Part shown: in pieces, positions 55,418-64,000 of the stretch
Layout of the letters: each line of letters begins with the position of its first letter
How positions within the stretch are numbered: position 1 is the stretch's first letter
Assembly (NCBI GenBank): GCA_027604505.1
Contig: JADIIX010000100.1
Span: forward strand, 1 to 64,000
Source: Gonapodya sp. JEL0774
Taxonomy: Eukaryota
DNA: 64,000 nucleotides
Direction: 5' to 3'
Program-made: the position numbers and the translations under genes
Notes under the pieces: generated by a model
The model's input: the letters and a program-made list of their open reading frames with translations, nothing else
The model's database searches: none
What the model was told of the DNA's origin: nothing

Positions 55418-57220
55418 TTAGACAAGATCCGCGATGTTGTTGGGCATCTCCTCAATCTGTCACCAAATTATCACCACATGAGGGAAGAGAACTAGCACGA
55501 GAAAGTCTCTCACCTGTGTGTTGTAGAACTGTTCGATCTCCCTCAACATCCTCACATCCTCCTGAGTGACGAAGTTGATCGCAACACCCTTACGTCCGAA
55601 TCGACCACCACGGCCGATGCGGTGAATGTAGTTCTCCTTGTTGGAAGGAAGATCGTAGTTGATGCTTCAGGTTATGACGAAAAGGAACAGGTTTTAGATA
55701 GACACAGCGTCCGATGTTTTATCAGGCCCCTTCGACACGTACACAAGGGAAACCTGCTGGACGTCAATGCCCCGGGCAAGAAGATCCGTGGTGATGAGCA
55801 CTCTGCTGGAGCCGGATCGGAACTCCTTCATGATGACTTCGCGGTCTTGCTGGGTCATTTCGCCGTGCTTGAAAAGTTGGAGTGATGATGAGCTCTCACG
55901 TCTGCTACAATCCCAACTTTTGGGAGTGAAACCATAGTCAACGTACCATGGCAGACACTGTAAACTGCTTGGCGGTCATTTTGTCGGTGAGCCAGTCCAC
56001 CTTCCGCCTGGTGTTGCAGAAAATAACGGCCTGGGTGATTGTGACGGTTTCGTACAAGTCGCAGAGGGTGTCGAATTTCCAGTCCTCCTTCTCGACTCCG
56101 ACGAAAAACTGCTTGATACCTTCAAGCGTGAGTTCGTCCCTTTTGACGAGAATCCGGACAGGTTCGCGCATGAAGTTCTTTGTGACTTCGAGCACATCGG
56201 TGGGCATGGTGGCGGAGAGGAGTACGACTTGGATGGTACTGGGGAGTTGTTGGAAAACATCGTAGATCTGGTCCTTGAATCCGCGGGACAGCATTTCGTC
56301 AGCCTCGTCCAGGACGAACATCTTGATATTCTTGGTTTGAAGGATGCCCCTGTTCATCATATCGAACACGCGGCCTGGAGTGCCCACGACGACTTGGGCG
56401 CCAGCTTCGAGCCTCTTGGCGTCCTCCCGAACAAGGGTTCCACCAACGCACGCGTGACAGTCAACGTTCATGTAATCACCAAGCGCGATGACCACTTTCT
56501 GAATTTGCTGAGCGAGCTCACGAGTAGGTGCGAGGATAAGAGCCTGAGTCTCCTTCACACTGACGTCAATAGACTGGAGGATGGAGATTGAGAAGGTGGC
56601 GGTTTTTCCAGTACCGGACTGAGCTTGAGCAATGACATCTCGGCCCTTGATAACGGGCATGATAGCCCTCTGCTGAATTGCCGACGGACGCTCAAAACTG
56701 ACAGTGATACAGCGGGGCAGCGTTGGGTGCAGAAATGTTTCAAGACGGGCGAGTGGGCATCAAGTCATCAGACAGAGGCACCAAACTCGGAAATCATCTC
56801 ATGAGCTCACCCGTAGGCATAAATGCCCCTGAGCAAGTCCGTCTTCAGCTTCATCTCATCGAAGCTGTCGGTGACCTCGTCCCAGTTGGACTAGCAGAGT
56901 TTGGGGCAATGATACGTCAACCAAAGAGTTCCTCGACACCACCACGAAACCAAAATGTGCAACTCCCAGAGCTCAAATCACCTCAATCTCCGTCTCCTGA
57001 ACATCTCCCACCCCTCCATTTCCTTTGGTTTCAGTGTCACTGCAGCGTCGCAAAGCAGGTTTGAGGGAGCGTGTTCCACAGTCAGAGAGAGACCACCAGT
57101 ACAAGCAGGGAAAAGCAGCGTCAGGCAGCGTCATAAGGCATCATAAGCAGTTCAGCAGAACTTCAGCGGTGATCCAGAGCGCCTCCCATCTGTCTCAACT
57201 GACCGGTTGTTTGCCATCAT
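55418..57220 (-). CDS. TIF1: Translation initiation factor eIF4A (DEAD-box helicase)
   Basis: [63 protein letters not shown] and C-terminal [10 protein letters not shown]. Confidence 0.97.
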
Positions 57221-57463
57221 TGGTTGGGATCAATTACACTTTTTTCATTCTTGAAAGCCGCTGTGCAAGGACCTTCCTGTGGTCATTGAAATAGTAACAC
57301 GCCGTCGCAACCCCAAGTACATAATTAGCAAATGAGAATGTGCAGATCGTTGGGAATTGGAATAATACACTATAAAGTCTCTTACAAGATATCACGAACG
57401 CATCCCCCACCATTCGAACGTCCTAGTGATTTTCGTCCACGTTTCCCGCGCACCACTCACGAT

Positions 57464-60400
57464 TCACGCTTCATCGTCGGGTGGATCAAAAATACGTATC
57501 GTGTGATCGTCCGATGCTGTCGCTAGTCGTTGTCTCCAAGATGCGACAGCGTTGATTGTTGCGGCATGACCGGGGAGCGCTTCGATAAGCACGCCTTGAT
57601 CCCGGTTCCATACATACAGCATCGAATCTTAAATAAGAAAGATTGTTGAAAACGGTTTCCTTTTAGACACTGACTGCCCCAACATACACCACGGTCAACC
57701 CACCTTCACTCCCACTGGCCACAAACACGGCTCCCTCGCCTCCAAAACAACTCCGAATGACAAACCGACCTTGCTTATGTCCTACATAATTACGTACAAG
57801 ACGATGTTCTCGCAGATCCCACAGATGAATCTCTTTGGAAGAGAGGTTGACGAGGGCGTGCCGGGAGTCGGGGGAAAGGCATAGTGAGGTGATGTAGTCG
57901 TCTTCGTGGATGACCCTTGGGCACCAAAGTGAGAGCGAGAGTCGGGGAAAGGGGTACCCGGGATGAAAGAGATGTTGACTCTTCCGTCTTCTATCTTCGC
58001 AATAGTGACACATTCGACGCCACCATCCGCCACTCACTGTGTCTCCATCTTCGATTCCATGTCGTATATTCGAATTTTCTTCTCGTGGCAGACAACAACA
58101 AGCGACTTGCCGTCCGCCGTCACTGCCAAATCCGTCACTCTAGTCCCTTCGATGGTGTGAACCACCTCCACATCACCGTCAGTTGTTTGCTGCGTAAAAT
58201 GAATGGGATCGCGAACGACAACGCAATTCGCAAAAACACAAATGAGGAATACAAGCGAAAAGAATGAGAGAAGAAAAGAAAGAATGCAAAAAGCCATCGG
58301 ATTCAATCAATCGCTCTCACAAACATCCCACTCGCCATCATCAAACCACCACACTTCCCAAAAAGCTAAACTCACCCAAATATGAATCCTCTTATCCAAA
58401 CTCCCCGTCACAAAATGTAAGCCGTCGGGCAACCACGCGCACGCCGTCACGGCTTCGGTATGTAGAGCGAGGTCCTTCACTCGCTGTCCGCTCTACACAA
58501 CCACACATGAGCGATTCAACGATCACAAAAAGTCTTTTCAGGTTGGTCTCGGTATACACAAAATGCTTTGCCCGCTCTCCCGCCTAACTCACCTCAACAT
58601 CCCACAGGCACACCGTCTTATCGTTGGAACACGACAGCAACACCTTATCGTCAGGACTAAAGGCCAAAAACGACACGGCGTCTCTATGCCCGGCCAAGAC
58701 GTGCAGGGCCGTCCCCCTCCGCGCGTCCCAGATTATGGCGGTGGAGTCTTTGCTGCCAGACGCCAGAAGGTGGCCAGAGTGGGAAAAGGTCACGTACCAG
58801 ACTTCGTCGGTGTGCTCGCGGAGGACGTGGGTCGTTTTGCAGGGGAAATGACTCCTGGGGACGTGGGGGACGGGGAAGGAGGGGGGGGGTGGCATGCGGT
58901 GGAGGGGAAGGAAGGACGATTGGGGGGGCGGGGGGGGCTTGTAACTGAAAACGCGAGAGAAACTCCACACAAGGCACGCTGACGACAGGAACCCATCTCG
59001 ACGAGCACACTATGAGTACCAGCCAACTCCTCATACCCTGCCACCCGCACTCAGATCACCACCCTGCACCTCCCTCTCCCCAGCCACCACTTCACCCTTC
59101 CCACTTCACCACCCCTTGCCACCACCACCGATCCATTACCCCGTTGTCCCTCACCCCCAACCCCCCAACTCACCTCTTACACAAATGATCCTGATACAAG
59201 CTCACGTGGGTCTGTTGCCCAGCGCCGTGGTACAGACACGTCTGCTTCTGGAGCTGGACGGCTTGGGCGAGTAGGGTTTCGAGACGGCGGTCGGGAAGCA
59301 TGGCGGAGGACGGGAGGTGGTCTGAGTGGGCGGGGGAGGGGGTGTGGGTGTTCGGTGAGTCGCGAGAATAAAAGTAACGGTGTGGGATGATCCACATGGC
59401 ATCCGCCGCCCCAACACCCAAAGCCACCCCCTCGACCCGCGAGCCCAAATGGTGTGGTGGCCACGACCAAACCATCAGAAACTCCCATAATAAAACAGAA
59501 TCAAAACTAAAAAAGGACCCACGTTGAAGTTCCTGCAGGAGCACCCTCCTCGACTCCCCCTGTGCGCCGTCCCATTTCGCCTTGGAAAGCAGGTCGTCCA
59601 CCGAGGAGCACATGATGAGACTAGGTGGGGAGGGGGGGCCGAGTGGGTGGTGCGATGTGAGCGTAGGAAAAAATGAGATTTTCGAGTCTGCACAACCCCG
59701 GGTCGGTTGTGTGTGTCGTCCACACGAGTGGACAGACAAACGAAAACGGATCGCACACAGACTCTGCTCAGGCTAACATTATATCCAGCGGTGGTTGTGG
59801 TTTGCGCGCAGTAGGTGGGGGGTGGGACGGAATCACGCCGCCTCTCCTCTACCTCTCTCCGCAGCAGCCCGTTCCACCCCCGTCACCCAGATGAGCCGTT
59901 TCGGGCACCTATCTCCCATTTCCGTCCCGTTTTCCACCCCAACGAGCGGCTCCAACCCGAACTCGAACCCGAACCCGAACTCGAACCCGAACCCGAACTC
60001 GAACCCAAGCCCACGAAATCGACACGGACGATGGGCTCAGGCCGTGCGCGGCGACCTGGCGACCGGGCCACCACCCACACCCCACACCCCCGCACCCTCC
60101 ATCCTCCCGCCCACAAGGCCCCTTTCACCGCGACCGCCAACGTGTCCAAAACACCGATGGGGCCAGTGAGGTGCCAGGTGCGTGCGAGGGGGCGTGTGGC
60201 CGCCACATGCGACATACCACATACATGCGCGCGCACAACACGACCACGGAGAAACGAGAACCCCGAGAGAACCTCTTTCACGGTGAATGCCGTGTCTCGC
60301 TTTGCTCTGGGTGCCCGTTCTGCAGGCTCCGTTGTCGGGTTCCATCCCACGAACCACGCGCACCGTCTAATCCTCCAACGCCCTCCCCTTCTCCCCCCCT

Positions 60401-62573
60401 CCCCCCCTCCCCCCCAACCCACCTCGCCAACCTCCTGACCTCCTCCTCCTGCACACCGAGCGGGGTGAGTTCCTGCCTGAGCACGAGGAGGGCCTCCTTG
60501 GTCCGCTGGTGTTGGAGGTGTTCGAGATACTTTTGCCGGCGGAGGAGGAAGAGGGCGGTCTGAAATTTTTGTGTTTTGTTGTTGGTGTGGTTGTGTTGTT
60601 AAATTTTTTTTTTTTTTTTGGGGGGGGGGAAGGGGGAGGGGCGGATCAAAGTGAGTCGACAGCGGGATGGGATGTGGGCACGTCCGTGACGCACTACGGG
60701 CCACACAACGGATAGGGAGTGGCGGCGGCGACGCGGGATGCATACGGGGGCCACACGCATGCACGCACGCCGAACCGACGTGCAGATGGGAAAACAGGGC
60801 CAGACCAATGGTGGAGGGATGGCCCGCGGTAGAGGACGTGGGGCGGTGTTCGGTCGTCGGTCGTTGGCTCCCACTCGGTCCACCGGTCCGTTGGTCCCGT
60901 CGGGTCCAGCACTCATCACCCTGTACCACTCCACACCAAAATCCCCCCGCCGCCGCTTTTCATACTCTCGCTCACCCCTGGGGCCCCCCGCGGCGCGGCG
61001 CGGCGGGGGGGGGGCGGGGGGGCGGCGGGNNNNNNNNNNNNNNNNNNNNNNNNNNNNNNNNNNNNNNNNNNNNNNNCCCCCCCGCCCTCCCTGAGCGCCC
61101 CCCGGGCTGTGAAGCTTTTTTGTTTTGTGTTTGGGGTTTGGTTGTGTTGGTTCTTTTCTATTTGGTTGGTTGGGGGGGGAGAAGGGGAGGGGACAGGGGG
61201 TAAGATGAGGAAGGGGATGGGGAGAGGTGAGATGGGCAGAGTGGGGCAGATTGGCGGGTGGGGAGCGGCGGGACGACCACCGGTGGACCCGAGAAGACAA
61301 ACAAGACCGAACAGCGAGAACATGAACATGAACAAAGAGGAGAAACAAAAAAGAGGACCCAAAACAAAACAAAACAAATCAAAAGAAAGAAAAATGATAA
61401 AACAAACAGGGGGCAGGGGGGTATGCAAGACAACCACGGTGCTCGAACGGGGGTACACCCGAAGCACCCAAGAACCATAACCACATAAACCATAAAACAC
61501 AGAGAAACAAAAAAAAGGGGAGGGGGAAAAGGGGGAGAGAACAGCACCAACGAGAGAGCGAGGGTGTGTGTGCGTGGGATCCACATCCTATGCCCACGAG
61601 AGGCGACTCAACGCGAGCCGAGTCCACATGACCTCGGGAACGAAAGGGTCAACAGGTCCGTCCATCCGGGTCCGGGCATCCTTATGGAACCGCAGCAAGT
61701 CTCTCTCGACAAAAACCCGTATATGGACCGGAGTAGGTCTTTCTACGGCGGGCAAGACTGGACCATCTCGCCAGACGTTCGGGCCTGTCTTTCTCTGCGA
61801 GCCAAGCTCGCACCATCTCGCTCACGCTCGAGTGAGGCCATCCTGCACATACGGCACCGCTCTCTCTCTCCCGGCGAGCCTAGCTCGCACCATCTCGCTC
61901 ACGCTCGAGTGAGGCCATCCTGCCCATATGGCACCGCTCTCACTCTCCCGGCGTGCCAAGCCCGCACCAACCCGCTGACGCTCGCACAGGCATAAAACAC
62001 AAGGGTAACCCATGCGATCTCCGAACCCATTGGTCAATCAACTGGTCCATGTGATCCCCAACCCAATACTAATGGTCAACTGATCCATGTGGTCCCCATC
62101 CAGCCCCTACGCAACCGCAGAAGTCTCTCTCGGCTGGCCAAGCCCTGAACACAAATCCATAATGGACCAGAGAGGTCTCTATCGGCGGGACAAGAGCCCC
62201 CTGGCGCTCGAGTGAGTCCGATCGCGGGGTTCGCTGCAGGGTCACCTCCAACCGGGCCGGGGGCACTCTGCCTCTGGCGCGGGAGCCACGGTTCCATTCG
62301 CCAACACGTTCACTGTGTTTAGGATACGTACTTGTAACCGAGATCGCCGAGAGCCTGAATGATGAGTCTTACGAGCTCGACCTTGTCGAATTGGGGAATG
62401 TTTTGAGGGACAAGGGAGGAAGGATGATTTGGGAAAAAATTGTTGAAATGGGAAGAAGAAGAGGATAAGGGATAAGAAGAAAAGGAAGAGAAACCGTTTG
62501 ATGGGATTGAGGGGAGTGGAAGGGAGGAAGGAGGGTGGGAGGGGAGAGAATCTGCCCCGTTTGAGAGGGACAT
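57464..62573 (-). CDS. GID7: WDR26/Gid7 subunit of the GID/CTLH E3 ligase (LisH-CTLH-WD40); one or more exons probably lost in the assembly gap
   Basis: ELVRLIIQALGDLGY, RQKYLEHL..ALLVLRQELTPL, LPDRRLETLLAQAV, HTDEVWYVTFSHSGHLLASGSKD, GHKQGRFVIRSCFGG and ASDDHTIRIF. Confidence 0.9.
59954..60006. repeat. Intronic hexamer microsatellite (GAACCC/GAACTC)n
   Basis: aacccgaactcgaacccgaacccgaactcg... about 9 units. Confidence 0.9.
61030..61076. other. Assembly gap (N run) flanked by G/C homopolymer tracts
   Basis: 47 N characters. Confidence 1.
61620..61991. repeat. Intronic repeat element with internal 77-bp tandem units; homologous inverted copy at 63130-63330
   Basis: agc(t/c)cgcacc recurs at 61805, 61882 and 61959. 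ggaccatctcgccagacgttcg (61760-61781) is the exact reverse complement of 63242-63263. Confidence 0.85.
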
Positions 62574-62827
62574 GGGACGGTTGGAGAGTGGGGAGCGGGA
62601 GACAGTGGGATACAGTGGGAGACAGACAGCTGTGGGCGTGGGAGTGCGTGTGGGGGGGAGTGGGAGGTGTGCTGGGTGTTGGTGTGGCCATGGCATCCTG
62701 GCAACCTGTGCTGTGGTCGCGTCTGCTGTGGTCACCTCCCCCCTCCCATCTGCATGAAGCCATTCCCCTCTTCATCCCCTCTTCATCCCCCTTCACTTCC
62801 CACTCCCGCACTCCCCCAACTTCTCCC

Positions 62828-63775
62828 ATGTCTGCAGACGATTCAGACCCAATCGAGCCCCTCCAAGGTTCCTCTCTCAACTCCCAACACGATCCCTCCT
62901 CCCCTCAAACCTCAATAAGACCTCCAGACAACGCTTTCGAGGTCATCAAACGCATCTCTCTCAACGAAATCGCTCCTGCAAACGTCGCAAGGCTTCCTTG
63001 CTCCAGAAACGCTCTCCTCATAGGCATGGGCTCGGGGTTCGCAACCTTTCTCGTCACCTGGTACAAGAGACGTGAGTACGAGCCGAGTGCGGATTAAGCG
63101 AAGTGAAAGGAGTGAGGCACCACGCGAGCGCCTGTAACGAGCGTTAGCCGAGATGGTGCGGGCTTGCCCCGCCGTGAGAGACAGGCCACCAACGTCCGGC
63201 GGGATGGTCCGGTCTTCCTCGCCGAGAGAGAGAGCAGGCTACGAACGTCTGGCGAGATGGTCCGGGACATATGGGCAGAGTGGACGTATAAGCCAGTTGA
63301 CCCGTTTCGGTCGCAGGGCATGTGGACTTGTTTTGCAATTGTTACCTCGCCCGGAGCTGATTGACCCTTTCCAATCGACGTTCACTCCTCACGCTCCCCC
63401 TTCGAAATCCTCGTCTCCCCTTCATATCTCCTATCCCCCCTTTCCCCGCTCCCTTACCCACTTCTACCCGCCTACCCTCCTTCCCCTCCTCCCCCCATGG
63501 CCCCCGCCCCAGGCCCCTTCACCACCATCGGCAACTGGTCCGTCGGCTCGTTTGTCTCCGTCACCGCCGTCTCGTGGTACGTACGTCCGCACGCGTAGAC
63601 ACCCCCGGGGGTGTACTTCAGTTTTTTTCACCCCCTCGATCTCGATCATGTCCCGTTCCTGTCGTCACTTGTTCATCCCATGCCCTGTTGATCCGGGCTC
63701 GGCTCCGACAGGGAACTCTGCCGATACCAACGACGCGTCGTCCAGGACCAGTTCAGGGTCGATGTGAAATCGTGA
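62828..63775 (+). CDS. COX20: Cytochrome c oxidase assembly factor Cox20; 3' end may continue beyond the window
   Basis: LPCSRNALLIGMGSG..TM..RPFTTIGNWSVGSFVSVTAVSWELCRYQR. Confidence 0.85.
63130..63330. repeat. Second copy of the intronic repeat, in COX20 intron 1
   Basis: Three collinear blocks match 61620-61991 in reverse complement. Confidence 0.8.
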
Positions 63776-64000
63776 CGGGGTCCTGGATGGTGGATGGTGG
63801 ACGGGTGGAGGGTGGAGGGTGGGATGTGAAGGGCACACGGGAAGAGGGCAGAGAGCAGAGAGCAGAGAGCAGCGAGCAGGAGTCAGGCAAGAGTCAGCAG
63901 TCAGGAGACACCGACACCCCCCTGCCCCGTTGGACCGTTGTGGTGTGACTGTGTGGCCAGTGGCGGGCCGGTGGACTGGTTGGTGGTCGGAAGTTGGACA

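Noticed and set aside
59954..60006. Telomere-like repeat
   Set aside because: Units are GAACCC/GAACTC rather than TAACCC; short and intronic, so treated as a microsatellite.
59795..61627. Long ORFs in the ORF track (e.g. 59883-60929, 60599-61372)
   Set aside because: Low-complexity, stop-poor intronic sequence spanning the N gap; only the 60421-60560 GID7 exon is supported.

Overview
Eukaryotic, intron-rich (GT-AG, often AAG acceptors), gene-dense DNA, most consistent with an early-diverging fungus. Fungal-type markers are the MET3 ATP sulfurylase/APS-kinase-like fusion and Byr4/Bfa1-, Pkr1- and Rsc9-like genes. About 18 multi-exon protein genes can be reconstructed. The most striking is an intact eukaryotic selenocysteine elongation factor (eEFSec, 16162-19053), which is absent from nearly all fungi. 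It sits head-to-head with a condensin II CAP-G2 gene, another gene most fungi have lost. This combination suggests a Gonapodya/Monoblepharidomycete-like lineage (inference). Other unusual items: a single-pass membrane receptor-like pseudokinase; a non-RD TKL kinase-VIT-vWA fusion with a degenerate MIDAS and 27-aa acidic repeats, packed head-to-head against a secreted trypsin-like protease in an otherwise poorly annotated island; and a repeat element shared by the first introns of the divergent WDR26/GID7 and COX20 genes. One N gap lies at 61030-61076. No tRNA, rRNA, CRISPR array, selenoprotein or SECIS element could be supported. Exon boundaries were inferred by eye.
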